From Gemmatimonadaceae bacterium (GTDB lineage: Bacteria > Gemmatimonadota > Gemmatimonadetes > Gemmatimonadales > Gemmatimonadaceae), in contig JANRJP010000100.1 of the NCBI GenBank assembly GCA_033763905.1, positions 1-64,000 of the forward strand: DNA of 64,000 nt. Reading direction: 5' to 3'. The notes beneath the pieces are model-generated. The model made no database searches. It saw only the letters and a program-made list of their open reading frames with translations, and was not told the origin of the DNA. Of the stretch, positions 29,901 to 40,084 are shown in pieces. A program made the translations under genes and the position numbers. The stretch's first letter is position 1, and the number at the start of each line of letters is the position of its first letter.

Positions 29901-29955
29901 CAAAGCGCACCACGCCAGCGTCGAAGAAATCGCTCGATCGACTAGATTACCCCCG

Positions 29956-32721
29956 ATGCAGTCCGCCGAAATTCGCCGCCGATTCCTCGACTTCTTCGCT
30001 GCCCGCGGCCACGCCGTGCGCGCGTCGAGCTCCCTCGTTCCGCAAGACGATCCCACGTTGCTCTTCACCAACGCGGGGATGGTCCAGTTCAAGCGCGTCT
30101 TCCTCGGGCAGGAAGAGCCCCCCGAGGGCAACCGCCGCGCCGTCACCGCGCAGAAGTGCGTGCGCGCCGGCGGCAAGCACAACGATCTCGAACAGGTCGG
30201 CCACACCGCCCGGCATCACACGTTCTTCGAGATGCTCGGCAACTTCTCGTTCGGCGAGTACTTCAAGCGGGACGCGATTGCCTTCGCCTGGGATTTCATC
30301 ACGAAGGAACTACGCATTCCAGTCGAGCATCTGCGCGTCACCGTCTACAAGGACGACGACGAAGCGCGGCAGTTGTGGCAGGAGGTCGCCGGTGTCGACC
30401 CCGCCCGCATCTACGGCCTTGGCGAGCGCGACAACTTCTGGCAAATGGCCGATACCGGCCCCTGCGGTCCGTGCTCGGAGATCTACGTCGATCTGGCGGC
30501 CTGCGCGAAGGACTTCCGCTTTCCCGCCGGGGCCAGCGGCGAGTGGACCGACACGGAGCGCGAACATTTCACGACCGATGCTTTTGTCGAGGGAGCCGAG
30601 GCGGGCCGCTTCCTCGAGATCTGGAACCTCGTGTTTATGCAGTACGATCGGCAGCCGGACGGCACCCTGCTGCCGCTGCCGAAGCCGAGCGTCGATACCG
30701 GCGCCGGGCTTGAGCGCATCGCCGCCGTGCTGCAGCAGGTCACGAACAACTTCCACACCGACGGCTTCACGCCGCTGATCGAGGCGGTCGAGCGGATCGT
30801 CGGCATCCCGTATCGCGGGCGCACCTCGAATGCGTTGCACGACGCGACCGTCGCGGGCAAGACGATCACCGTCGACCCGGCGAGCTTCCGCGTGCTCGCC
30901 GATCACGCGCGAGCGGTGACCTTCCTGCTCGGCGACGGCGTCTTCCCGAGCAACGAAGGCCGGGGCTACGTCCTGCGCCGCATCCTGCGCCGAGCAGTGC
31001 GGCACGCCTGGCTCCTCGGTCGCACCGAGCCGACGCTCGCGCCGGTGGTCGAGGTCGTCATTCAGCAGATGCGCGACATCTATCCGGAGCTCCACGTCCG
31101 GGCGCGACACATCATCGACACCACGCGCACCGAAGAGGAGCGATTCCTCGCGACGATCGACGCGGGAATGTCCCGTTTCAACGAAATCGCGCCCACGTCG
31201 AGCACCCAGGGCTCGTCGGGTATTCGCGGGACGATTCCGGGCGAGGACGTCTTCACCCTGTACGATCGCTACGGCTTCCCGGTGGACCTCACCGAGCTGA
31301 TGGCGCGCGAGCGGGGCTACACCGTCGACATTGCCGGCTTCGAATCGGCGCTCGTGGAGCAGCGCGAACGCAGCAAGGCCGATCGCAAGTCCAAGCAGTT
31401 GTCGGTGTCCGCCGACGAGCTCGCCGATTTCGCGCGCTGGGAGAAGGGCGGCGCCAACGACCAGTCGCGCTTCGTCGGGTATGACGTGACCGAAGTGGCG
31501 ACCCGCGTCGCCGCCGTCCGCACGCTCGACGGCGACCGCGTGGCGGTGCTGCTCGAGGAGACGCCGTTCTACGCCGAATCCGGCGGGCAGGTCAGCGACA
31601 CCGGCGAGATCGTCGGCACGGGCTGGCGCGTGGTGGTCGATGACGTGCGCAAGTTCGATGGCCGCCACGCCGCCGTCGGGACGCTCGAGGGAACCCTGTC
31701 CTTCGGCGCGGCCGTCGCACGCGTGCCGGCGGGGCGTCGCAAGGATACCGAACGCAACCACACCGCCACGCATCTGCTGCACGCGGCGCTGCGTCGGCAT
31801 CTCGGCGAAGGCGTCCATCAGGCGGGCTCGCTGGTCGAGCCGGAGCGGTTGCGCTTCGACTTCACCCATCACGGGCCGGTGAAGGGAGAGATCCTTGCCA
31901 CGATCGAAGCCGAAGTGAATGCCGAGATCTGGAAGGCGACCCCGGTCACGACGCGCGAGATGGCACAGAAGGAGGCCGTGGCGGCCGGTGCAATGGCGCT
32001 CTTCGGCGAGAAGTACGGGGACGTCGTTCGCGTCGTCGGCATTGCCGACTATTCGATGGAGCTCTGCGGCGGGACCCACGTGCGCAACACCGCCGAAATC
32101 GGGCTCTTCAAGGTCGTCAGCGAGGGCGGCGTCTCGGCCGGCGTGCGTCGTATCGAAGCCGTGACGGGTCGTGAGGCGTTCCGTGTGCTCGATCACGGGC
32201 TCACGACGGCGCGACGGATGGGCGAACTCCTCCGTGCGACCAATGTGCCGGTGGACCAGTTGCCCTCCCGTCTCGAGAAGCTGCTCGATGAGAAGCGGGC
32301 CGCGGAGAAGGCGCGCGATGATGCGCTGCGGAGTGGCGGTGGCGGCGATGCGGTCGGCCAGCTGCTTGCCTCGGCGGCGACGATTGGCGGCGCCAAGGTC
32401 ATCGCGGGCGCGGTCACCGCGGCGGACGGCAAGACCCTGCAGACGCTGGGCGATGCCGTGCGCGAGAAGCTCGGCAGCGGTGTCGCCGTGCTCGGCGCCT
32501 CCTTCGAGGATGGCAAGTCGTCGTTGCTCGCGGTCGTGACCGACGACTTGGTTGCGCGCGGTGTGAAGGCCGACGCGGTGGTGCGCGAGTTGGCGGCGGC
32601 CATCGGCGGGCGCGGCGGCGGGAAGCCGCATATGGCGCAAGCGGGCGTGCCCGACGCCGCGCGTCTGCCCGAGGCGTACGCAGCCGCGCCGGCGGTGATC
32701 GGCTCGCTGCTCGGCGCCTGA
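29956..32721 (+). CDS. alaS: Alanine--tRNA ligase
   Basis: DPTLLFTNAGM, RHHTFFEMLGNFSFG, GPCGPCSEI, editing motifs NHTATHLLH and ELCGGTH, C-terminal GRGGGKP. ATG 29956 gives the canonical MQSAEIRRRFL start. Confidence 0.99.
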   Translation: MQSAEIRRRFLDFFAARGHAVRASSSLVPQDDPTLLFTNAGMVQFKRVFLGQEEPPEGNRRAVTAQKCVRAGGKHNDLEQVGHTARHHTFFEMLGNFSFGEYFKRDAIAFAWDFITKELRIPVEHLRVTVYKDDDEARQLWQEVAGVDPARIYGLGERDNFWQMADTGPCGPCSEIYVDLAACAKDFRFPAGASGEWTDTEREHFTTDAFVEGAEAGRFLEIWNLVFMQYDRQPDGTLLPLPKPSVDTGAGLERIAAVLQQVTNNFHTDGFTPLIEAVERIVGIPYRGRTSNALHDATVAGKTITVDPASFRVLADHARAVTFLLGDGVFPSNEGRGYVLRRILRRAVRHAWLLGRTEPTLAPVVEVVIQQMRDIYPELHVRARHIIDTTRTEEERFLATIDAGMSRFNEIAPTSSTQGSSGIRGTIPGEDVFTLYDRYGFPVDLTELMARERGYTVDIAGFESALVEQRERSKADRKSKQLSVSADELADFARWEKGGANDQSRFVGYDVTEVATRVAAVRTLDGDRVAVLLEETPFYAESGGQVSDTGEIVGTGWRVVVDDVRKFDGRHAAVGTLEGTLSFGAAVARVPAGRRKDTERNHTATHLLHAALRRHLGEGVHQAGSLVEPERLRFDFTHHGPVKGEILATIEAEVNAEIWKATPVTTREMAQKEAVAAGAMALFGEKYGDVVRVVGIADYSMELCGGTHVRNTAEIGLFKVVSEGGVSAGVRRIEAVTGREAFRVLDHGLTTARRMGELLRATNVPVDQLPSRLEKLLDEKRAAEKARDDALRSGGGGDAVGQLLASAATIGGAKVIAGAVTAADGKTLQTLGDAVREKLGSGVAVLGASFEDGKSSLLAVVTDDLVARGVKADAVVRELAAAIGGRGGGKPHMAQAGVPDAARLPEAYAAAPAVIGSLLGA

Positions 32722-33050
32722 TGAAGTCCGCGGCGGAGCAGACGATGGCGTGGCTGGATGCGCGCGCGGAACCGATGCCACCGGCGTTGCGCGCGCGGCT
32801 GGCCGAGATGATTGGCGGGCTGGTGCCGGTGACCCCTGCGCGCGCCGTGCACGAGACCTTGCTCGTCGCCGGTGAGGCGTTGTTGGCACGGCTGCTCAAC
32901 CACAATCGCACCACGCGGGAGGGCGCGTTGGACTTGCTCGCGGCGGACGCGCTGATCACGTACGCGTTCGAGGCGGCCGCGGAAGAAGGCGTCGCCATCG
33001 GCGACCGCGCGCGACGCGCGATCGTCCAGATTGCCACCTTGGGGGGATGA
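32721..33050 (+). CDS. Hypothetical helical protein
   Basis: 109 aa; TGATG overlap with alaS and abuts gmhA; ALDLLAADALITYAFE segment. Confidence 0.7.
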   Translation: MKSAAEQTMAWLDARAEPMPPALRARLAEMIGGLVPVTPARAVHETLLVAGEALLARLLNHNRTTREGALDLLAADALITYAFEAAAEEGVAIGDRARRAIVQIATLGG

Positions 33051-33611
33051 ATGTCGCTCGTCGCTGCCCGCTTGACCGAACTCGCCGAGACCGCGACACG
33101 CACGCTGGGGCAGATCGCGCCGGACATTGAACGGGCCGCCGCGATGGTCCGCGCCACGCTCGCGCGCGGCGGTACGCTGTTCTTCTGCGGCAACGGCGGC
33201 AGTGCAGCCGACGCCCAGCATATGGCCACCGAGTACGTGGTCCGCTACGTCAAGAATCGCAAGGCGCTGCCGGCGATCGCGCTGACCACCGACACGTCGC
33301 TGCTCACCGCCGCTGGCAACGATTTCGGATTCGAGACCGTCTTCGCGCGACAGGTGGAGGCGCTGTGTCGGCCGGGGGATCTGCTGATCATTCACAGCAC
33401 CAGCGGCAACTCGCCGAACGTGTTGCTCGCGGCGCAGGCGGCAACGGCCAAGGGGGTCGAGGTGCTGGCGCTCTCGGCGCGGGACGGCGGCAAGCTCAAG
33501 CCGCTCGCCACGCACAACGTCATCGTCCCGACCGATCGCACCGATCGTGCGCAGGAGTTGCACCTCTGCATCCAGCACGTGATCTGCGAGATGGCCGAGG
33601 CCGAGCTCTGA
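33051..33611 (+). CDS. gmhA: Phosphoheptose (sedoheptulose-7-phosphate) isomerase
   Basis: CGNGGSAADAQH, GNDFGF..VFARQV, STSGNSPNV, QELH. Confidence 0.95.
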   Translation: MSLVAARLTELAETATRTLGQIAPDIERAAAMVRATLARGGTLFFCGNGGSAADAQHMATEYVVRYVKNRKALPAIALTTDTSLLTAAGNDFGFETVFARQVEALCRPGDLLIIHSTSGNSPNVLLAAQAATAKGVEVLALSARDGGKLKPLATHNVIVPTDRTDRAQELHLCIQHVICEMAEAEL

Positions 33612-33615
33612 TCGC

Positions 33616-34371
33616 GTGCTGACACTCACGGGAACCAAGGCGCTGGTCACGGGTGGGGCCCGCGGCATTGGCGCCGCCACGGCTCGGATGCTCGCGCGGG
33701 CCGGCGCCGATGTCGCGATTGGCTATCGCACGCGCGCGGCCGACGCCGCGGCGGTCGCGTCGGACTGCGCGGCCGCCGGGGTGCGCGCCTCAGCGCACGC
33801 CGCCGACCTGTCGTCCCGCGAGGGCTGTGAAACGCTGTTCGCCGAGGCGACGCGGGCGTTGGGCGGGCTCGACCTATTCGTCGGCAACGCCGGGATCTGG
33901 CCGGCGGACGACGTGCCGGTGCAGGGGATGACCGACGAGCGGTGGGGTCGAACGATGCGCGAGAATGTCGACGCGATGTTCTGGACGTCCCGCCTCGCCG
34001 CGCAGGCGATGGGTGCCGGCGGACGCATCGTCCTCGTGGGCAGCACTGCGGGACAGCGGGGCGAGGCGATGCACGCCGACTACGCGGCGTCCAAGGGTGC
34101 GATGATCTCGTTCGTGAAGTCGCTCGCGGTGGAACTGGCGCCGCGGGACATCACGGTGAACTGTGTTGCGCCCGGCTGGGTAGACACCGAGATGAGCGCC
34201 AATGCGATGGCCGCCGGTGGACGTGAGCGCATTGCGACGACCATCCCGATCGGGCGGGTCGCGAGCCCGGAGGACATCGCGGGACCGATCGTGTTCCTGT
34301 GTTCGCCGCTCGCGCGCCACATCACCGGTGAGATCCTGAACGTCAACGGAGGAAGCGTCCTGTGCGGATGA
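33616..34371 (+). CDS. SDR family oxidoreductase (FabG-like)
   Basis: TGGARGIG, NAG, YAASK, VNCVAPGWVDT, ITGEILNVNGG. Confidence 0.92.
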   Translation: MLTLTGTKALVTGGARGIGAATARMLARAGADVAIGYRTRAADAAAVASDCAAAGVRASAHAADLSSREGCETLFAEATRALGGLDLFVGNAGIWPADDVPVQGMTDERWGRTMRENVDAMFWTSRLAAQAMGAGGRIVLVGSTAGQRGEAMHADYAASKGAMISFVKSLAVELAPRDITVNCVAPGWVDTEMSANAMAAGGRERIATTIPIGRVASPEDIAGPIVFLCSPLARHITGEILNVNGGSVLCG

Positions 34372-34847
34372 GTCTCGGCCTGCGTCGTCTGATGGTCCTT
34401 GGGGCGGTCGTGCTCGCGGCGCTGGGCGGGTCGTCGTGCGCGTCGATTGCGCGAGCCACGCTGCAGGATCCCGTCGTCACCTTGCGCGACGTGAAGGTGA
34501 CCGGGCTGGGCCTGCAAGGCGGCTCGCTCGACGTGGTGCTTGGCGTGTACAACCCCAATGGCCTCAGTCTCCGGGCTGTGCGGCTCACCTACAACGTCGC
34601 GGTGGATTCGGCGGCGCTGGCGACGGGCCAGGTGCCGACCGAAACCGAGCTCGCAGGCAACGACACCACGATTGTCCGGCTGCCGGTGAGCTTCACCTAT
34701 CGCGGCGTCGGTGCGGCCGTGGCCCAGATGATGGCGCGTGGCAGCGTGACGTATACCGTGTCGGGCGAGTTGGGCGTGCGGACGCCGATCGGTACGGTGA
34801 CGCGGCCGTATCGCCGCGTGGGGACGTATGCGATGGCGCGTCCGTAG
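34368..34847 (+). CDS. LEA type 2 / WHy domain lipoprotein
   Basis: Signal peptide ending GGSSC; VYNPN motif; beta-rich; ATGA overlap with the SDR stop. Confidence 0.85.
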   Translation: MSLGLRRLMVLGAVVLAALGGSSCASIARATLQDPVVTLRDVKVTGLGLQGGSLDVVLGVYNPNGLSLRAVRLTYNVAVDSAALATGQVPTETELAGNDTTIVRLPVSFTYRGVGAAVAQMMARGSVTYTVSGELGVRTPIGTVTRPYRRVGTYAMARP

Positions 34848-34859
34848 TAGCTTTCGGAC

Positions 34860-36176
34860 GTGTCTCGAACTCCGATTGACCTCGCCCCAAAGATCGAACG
34901 TGCCGTGCTCGTCGGCGCGCCGCGCAAGCGGAGCGCCAGCGACCGGCTGCACGTCGACGACCACCTGCAGGAACTGGCGGATCTCGCCGACACCGCCGGC
35001 GTCGAAGTCGTCGGTCAGCTGATTCAGCAGATCGACCGCCCGAACGCCGCGACCTATCTGGGGTCGGGTAAAGTCGACGAGCTCAAACTGCGGATCGAGG
35101 AGACCAAGGCCTCGCTCGTGATCTTCGACGACGAGCTGTCGCCGGCCCAGGGCAAGAACCTCGAAGAGGAGACCGGGACGCGCGTGATGGACCGCGCGGA
35201 GCTGATCCTCGACATCTTTGCGGTGCGCGCGCGCAGCGCCGAGGCGAAGATGCAGGTCGAACTCGCGCAGCTGGAGTATATGCTGCCGCGATTGGCCCGG
35301 ATGTGGAGTCACCTCGAGCGGCAGGGCACCGGCGGCGGCGGTGGCAAAGGCCCCGGTATGCGCGGTCCCGGTGAAACACAGATCGAAACCGACCGTCGCT
35401 TGATCGGCCATCGCCTCAAGGTGCTTAAGGCGCGGCTCGCTGAAGTGGCGCAGCAGCGCCAGACGCAGCGCGCGGGTCGTACCGGCGCCTTCCGCGTGTC
35501 CCTGGTGGGCTACACCAATGCCGGGAAGAGCACGATCCTCCGCGCGTTGTCCGGCGACCGCACCGTGTTCGTCGAAGATCGCCTCTTCGCAACGCTCGAC
35601 CCGCTGACGCGCGAAGTTGCACTGGACGATGTGCACACCTGTCTGCTGACCGACACGGTGGGCTTCGTGCGGAAGTTGCCGCACCAGCTGGTGGCGAGCT
35701 TCCGCGCCACGCTCGAGGAAGCGCGCTCGGCCGACGTCCTCATTCACGTGATGGACGTGAGTGATCCGATGTGGGAAGAGCACCGCGATGTCGTCGAGGC
35801 GGTGCTGGCCGAGATCGAGGCGTCGGAGGTCCCGGTGCTGCCGGTGTTCAACAAGGCGGATCTGCTTCCGCCCGAGGAACGGGCCGGCCTCGGCGATCGG
35901 CTCCCCGAAGTGGCCGAGGGCGCGTTGGTGGTCAGCGCGACCGAGCCCGACGGACTGGCGGCGCTCAAGGCGGCGCTGGTGCGTCTGATGCTGGCCCAGA
36001 AGCCCGAGGCGACGGTGCGGATTCCGGGGTCAAACGGCAAGCTGTCCGCCGACGTGCATCGCCTGACCGAAGTGCTGAGCGAGAAGTGGGATGAGCACGG
36101 GCCGGTGTTCCGCGTGCGCTCCGATGCGGCGACGCTCGGCCGGCTGGCGCGGATGGGCGCGGAGGTGATCCGATGA
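34860..36176 (+). CDS. hflX: Ribosome rescue GTPase HflX
   Basis: GSGKVDE, LILDIFA, GPGETQIETDRR, GYTNAGKST, LFATLDP, DTVGF, NKAD. Confidence 0.98.
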   Translation: MSRTPIDLAPKIERAVLVGAPRKRSASDRLHVDDHLQELADLADTAGVEVVGQLIQQIDRPNAATYLGSGKVDELKLRIEETKASLVIFDDELSPAQGKNLEEETGTRVMDRAELILDIFAVRARSAEAKMQVELAQLEYMLPRLARMWSHLERQGTGGGGGKGPGMRGPGETQIETDRRLIGHRLKVLKARLAEVAQQRQTQRAGRTGAFRVSLVGYTNAGKSTILRALSGDRTVFVEDRLFATLDPLTREVALDDVHTCLLTDTVGFVRKLPHQLVASFRATLEEARSADVLIHVMDVSDPMWEEHRDVVEAVLAEIEASEVPVLPVFNKADLLPPEERAGLGDRLPEVAEGALVVSATEPDGLAALKAALVRLMLAQKPEATVRIPGSNGKLSADVHRLTEVLSEKWDEHGPVFRVRSDAATLGRLARMGAEVIR

Positions 36177-37204
36177 GTGGAGCGAGCGCTGACGCGCCGC
36201 GCACGACCGCTGCCTTGCGTACGGCCGGCGCGGCTGGCGACGCGGTCGCCGTGCTGTTCACCGGTGGAACGATCTCGATGAAGTTCGACGCGGCGGCGGG
36301 CGGGGCGGTCCCGGCGCTGTCGGCGGAGGAAATCCTCGATGCGGCGCGCGGCGTGCGCGAGATTGCGCCGTTGCGTCCGGAGCAGTGGGGGCGATATCCC
36401 GGTCCGCATATGACGGTGGAGCGGCAGTGGGCGCTGCGGACGCGTATCGCCGAGCTGCTCGCGGATCCCGGCGTGCGAGGCGTCGTCGTGACGCACGGGA
36501 CGGACTCGCTCGAGGAGACCGCGTATCTCGTCGCGCGCTCGACGGCGAGCCCGAAACCGGTGGTGTTCACCGGGGCAATGAAGAACGCGAGCGACCTGGG
36601 CTGGGACGGGCCGGCGAATCTGGTCGATGCCGTCACGATTGCCGCGAGTGACGCGGCGCGCGAGGTCGGGGTCACCGTCACGTTCAATGGTCGGATTTTT
36701 TCGGCGCTCGATGAAGCAAAGACGCACACGCATCTGCTCGATGCCTTCGAGTCGCCCGGGCTTGGTCCGTTAGGGATGGTCGACGAGGGGCAGGTGCTGT
36801 TCCGCCGCGCGGTTCGAGGCGCACCGGTGCCGCTGATGCCCGATGCGCCGGCCACACCGGTGGATCTCGTCACGGCCTATGCAGGTGCGGACGACCGCTT
36901 GCTGCAGGCATCGTTCGAGTCCGGCGCGCGAGGACTGGTGATCGCGGCGATGGGGCGGGGCAACGTGCCGCCGGAGATGTTGCCGGGGATCGAGCGGTTC
37001 ATCGCGGCACAGCGTCCCGTGGTCATCACCAGTCGCGCACAGCGTGGGCGGGTCGGGATGACCTACGGGTATCCCGGCGGCGGGCGTCGGCTCGCCGATC
37101 TCGGTTGCTGGTTTGCAGGACCGCGGCGCCCGACGCAGGCACGCGTCGATCTGATGCTCGCCCTCGGCGCCGGTGTGGCATTGTCCGAGGTGTTCGAGTC
37201 GTGA
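36173..37204 (+). CDS. L-asparaginase, class 1 (type I/II fold)
   Basis: TGGTISM, HGTDSLEETAY, TGAM, DGPANL, GRGNVP. Confidence 0.93.
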   Translation: MSGASADAPRTTAALRTAGAAGDAVAVLFTGGTISMKFDAAAGGAVPALSAEEILDAARGVREIAPLRPEQWGRYPGPHMTVERQWALRTRIAELLADPGVRGVVVTHGTDSLEETAYLVARSTASPKPVVFTGAMKNASDLGWDGPANLVDAVTIAASDAAREVGVTVTFNGRIFSALDEAKTHTHLLDAFESPGLGPLGMVDEGQVLFRRAVRGAPVPLMPDAPATPVDLVTAYAGADDRLLQASFESGARGLVIAAMGRGNVPPEMLPGIERFIAAQRPVVITSRAQRGRVGMTYGYPGGGRRLADLGCWFAGPRRPTQARVDLMLALGAGVALSEVFES

Positions 37205-38208
37205 ACGGCACGCAGTCGCCGGTGGCGCTGGTTCCTGTGCTGCTCGACAAGCCCTGGGGGGGCGATGCCCTGGGCCGCTGGGGGCTTCCGGTGGCGCCGG
37301 GGGCACGGATCGGCGAGGCGTGGATGTTTGCCGACATCTCGAGCACCTCCGCGAGCGGTGCGGGAGGCGGGGCGTTCCACAGTCTCGTGGCCGGTGGGCC
37401 CACACGGCACTACTCATTGCGTGACCTCGCGGCGGAACTGCCGAACGGGATCGCGGGCGAAGGCGTGGAGCGCGAGCACCCGCTGTTGATCAAGCTCCTG
37501 CACGCCAAGGAACATCTCTCGGTGCAGGTGCACCCGTCGCCCGCGTATGCCGCAGCGCATCCCGAGGCGCGACTCAAGGCCGAGAGCTGGCACGTGCTCT
37601 ATGCCGAGCCTGGGGCGGAGCTCTTTCTCGGGCTTCGCGCCGGTGTGCAAGCGTCCGATGTCGAGCGCCTCGCGCGGGAAGGACGCGTGGCCGAGGCGTT
37701 GCTGCGTGTGCCGGCTGTCGCTGGTGAGTGCCATACCTTGCCCAGCGGCCTGGTCCACGCGATGGGGGCGGGCGTGGTGGTGGCGGAAGTCCAGACGGCC
37801 AGTGACACGACCTTCCGCCTCTACGATTGGGCGGCCGAATTCGGCCGTGCCCCTCGGGAACTGCACATTCGCGAGGCCGTGGCCGCGATGCTGCCGGACG
37901 CGAGCGTCGTCACGGCGCGCGCGGCGGCGGTGCCCGCCGGAATGACGATGCACGCGCAGCGCTTGGCGGACGCGGGACACTTCACGATCACGCAGCGATT
38001 CCTCGCCGCCGGGCAGACGAACGAAGTCGCCCCCGGTGCGATCCTGCTGGCGATTTCCGGCTTCGGGACGGTGTCACTGCCGGAGGCCGCGCGACCGGAG
38101 TCGGTCGCGGTGACGCCGTCGCAGGCCGTGTTCGCCCCGTCAGGCGGCCTGCTGACCACGCCGGCGAACCGTTCGCTGACGTGGCTCGAGGCCGAGTTGC
38201 CTCGGTGA
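37201..38208 (+). CDS. manA: Mannose-6-phosphate isomerase, type I
   Basis: KPWGG, IGEAW, PLLIKLL, LSVQVHP, KAESW, VHA, EVQTASDTTFRLYDW; GTGA overlap. Confidence 0.88.
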   Translation: MNGTQSPVALVPVLLDKPWGGDALGRWGLPVAPGARIGEAWMFADISSTSASGAGGGAFHSLVAGGPTRHYSLRDLAAELPNGIAGEGVEREHPLLIKLLHAKEHLSVQVHPSPAYAAAHPEARLKAESWHVLYAEPGAELFLGLRAGVQASDVERLAREGRVAEALLRVPAVAGECHTLPSGLVHAMGAGVVVAEVQTASDTTFRLYDWAAEFGRAPRELHIREAVAAMLPDASVVTARAAAVPAGMTMHAQRLADAGHFTITQRFLAAGQTNEVAPGAILLAISGFGTVSLPEAARPESVAVTPSQAVFAPSGGLLTTPANRSLTWLEAELPR

Positions 38209-39512
38209 CGATGCGTCACGAGCTCGCCCCGCCGCGCGAGGTCGTGCGCATTGCCGAGCGACTCGAAGCCGCAGGCTACGAAACGTGGTGCGTCGGCGGG
38301 GCGGTGCGCGATGCGCTCCTTGGCCATCCGTCGCTCGATTGGGATCTCGCGACGGCCGCGCCGCCGGCGGAAGTGCAGCGCGTGTTCCGGCGCGTGGTGC
38401 CGGTCGGGGTGGAGCACGGCACCGTCGGCGTGCTCGATGCCAATGGGATCCTGCACGAAGTCACGACATTCCGGCGCGACGTCCGCACCGACGGGCGGCA
38501 CGCGGTCGTGGAGTTCGGCGTGTCGCTCGACGACGACCTCGCGCGGCGTGACTTCACGATCAACGCGATTGCGTGGCATCCCACGCGTCACGAGCTGCGA
38601 GACCCCTTCGGCGGACAGGACGACCTGCAGGCCGGCCGCTTGCGTGCGGTCGGCGACCCCGCGGCCCGGATGCGCGAGGACCGCTTGCGCGCGCTGCGCG
38701 CCATCCGATTCGCCAGTCGATTCGGCTTTGCGATCGCACCGGAGACCTGGACGGCGGTGCAGGACTCGGCGCCGGATCTCGGGCGTCTGAGCGCGGAGCG
38801 GGTGCGGCAGGAACTCGAGAAGACGATGGAGCAGGTGGCGCTGCCGAGTGTTGCGCTCCGCCGCTGGCGTGAGGCCGGTGCCCTGCGCGCCTTGCTCCCC
38901 GCGCTCGACAACGCCCCCGTGGCCGCGTTGTACGCCGCCGATGCGCTGGCACGTCCCGGGCTGCGTGGGCGACCGGCGCGGCGCATCAATCGGCTGGCCG
39001 CACTGGTGGCCCTGCTCGGGCGCGCCGGTGCGCTCGAGGTCACGAAGGCCCTCAAGATGAGTAACGCCGATGGGCAGTGGATCGGCGCCTTGGCGGGCGG
39101 ATTCGCGGCCCACGGCGACGCGCTGTTTCGCGCGGCGAGCGACGGCGAGATTCCTGATCGACTCCTCCGCCGCGTGGCGGCCGATGTCGGTCGGACGAAG
39201 GTACTGCCGCTGCTGCGCGTATGTGGGGGCGTCTGGAACGGCGTGGCGTTGGCGGCCGGAGACCGTGCGCCGCCAGCGCTCCTGGTGTCGACGCACCGGC
39301 GACTGTACGCGCGCGCCGCGCACATCGCGTGGCGCGACCCGATTGAACTCGCCGATCTGGCCGTGGATGGGGAAGACCTGCGCCGCGTCGGTGTTCCACC
39401 GGGGCCGGCGCTGGGACGCACGCTGCGGCTGTTGCTCGATGCGGTCGTGGAGGATCCCGCGCGCAACACGCGCGAGGCCCTGCTCGCGCTGGCGGCGGCG
39501 GAGCCTCGCTGA
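38205..39512 (+). CDS. cca: CCA tRNA nucleotidyltransferase (class II)
   Basis: VGGAVRD..DWDLAT, EVTTFR..DGRH, RRDFTINA, EDRLRALRAIRF, SAERVRQE. Start is GTG 38205 or ATG 38211. Confidence 0.92.
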   Translation: MTMRHELAPPREVVRIAERLEAAGYETWCVGGAVRDALLGHPSLDWDLATAAPPAEVQRVFRRVVPVGVEHGTVGVLDANGILHEVTTFRRDVRTDGRHAVVEFGVSLDDDLARRDFTINAIAWHPTRHELRDPFGGQDDLQAGRLRAVGDPAARMREDRLRALRAIRFASRFGFAIAPETWTAVQDSAPDLGRLSAERVRQELEKTMEQVALPSVALRRWREAGALRALLPALDNAPVAALYAADALARPGLRGRPARRINRLAALVALLGRAGALEVTKALKMSNADGQWIGALAGGFAAHGDALFRAASDGEIPDRLLRRVAADVGRTKVLPLLRVCGGVWNGVALAAGDRAPPALLVSTHRRLYARAAHIAWRDPIELADLAVDGEDLRRVGVPPGPALGRTLRLLLDAVVEDPARNTREALLALAAAEPR

Positions 39513-40084
39513 TGCTGTTCCGTGAGCGCGGTGGGCAACGGCTTGAGCCCCGGCGGTTTCGCGCCGATCGGCTGTGCTTCGCGTTGCAGGCGACCGGGCG
39601 GGGATGGCACCTGCGAATGTCACCCGTGGCGGAGCTGTCGCTGGAGTTGGCGCTCGAGTTGGCGGCGCACCTGCAGGATCCCATCGCCGTCGCGTTGGAT
39701 GATGCGCGCCACGAGCGGCGTCTCGTGCGTGCCACCGTGCCCTTGGCCGATGTCCGCGATGAGCTCGCTCGTCTTCGTGCGCCGCTCGCCCGCCTGGGTG
39801 GCGTCGGCGTGACGATGGCGTCGGGTCGTGAGGTGCTGCGCCTGACCGAGCTGCTCGAGATCGAGATCGAGGCCCCCACCGACCGCTGGCGGTATCTCTT
39901 GGCGGCGCAGGGGGCCGTGGAAGTCGCACGCGTCGAGAGCCGCGTGTGGCATCCGCCAGCGCGCCCGTGGCGGCCGCACGCCGACGTACGGGACGCGGTC
40001 GACGCCGCCGCCAGCCGGTTGGGCCTCCAGCTCGCCGCAGCCGTCGCGGATCCGGTGTTCGGCGCGACGCCGGACGCACCGTGA
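39512..40084 (+). CDS. Hypothetical protein
   Basis: 190 aa ORF exactly filling the cca-rarA gap, with TGATG and GTGA overlaps; no motif recognised. Confidence 0.65.
   Translation: MLFRERGGQRLEPRRFRADRLCFALQATGRGWHLRMSPVAELSLELALELAAHLQDPIAVALDDARHERRLVRATVPLADVRDELARLRAPLARLGGVGVTMASGREVLRLTELLEIEIEAPTDRWRYLLAAQGAVEVARVESRVWHPPARPWRPHADVRDAVDAAASRLGLQLAAAVADPVFGATPDAP

Noticed and set aside
29674..29955. 94-aa N-terminal extension of AlaS through the repeats
   Set aside because: The canonical AlaS N-terminus begins at ATG 29956 with a -10 hexamer 7 nt upstream; the extension is translated repeat sequence.
29524..29955. T-box riboswitch upstream of alaS
   Set aside because: No T-box consensus (GGTGGNACC) and no terminator/U-tract before alaS.
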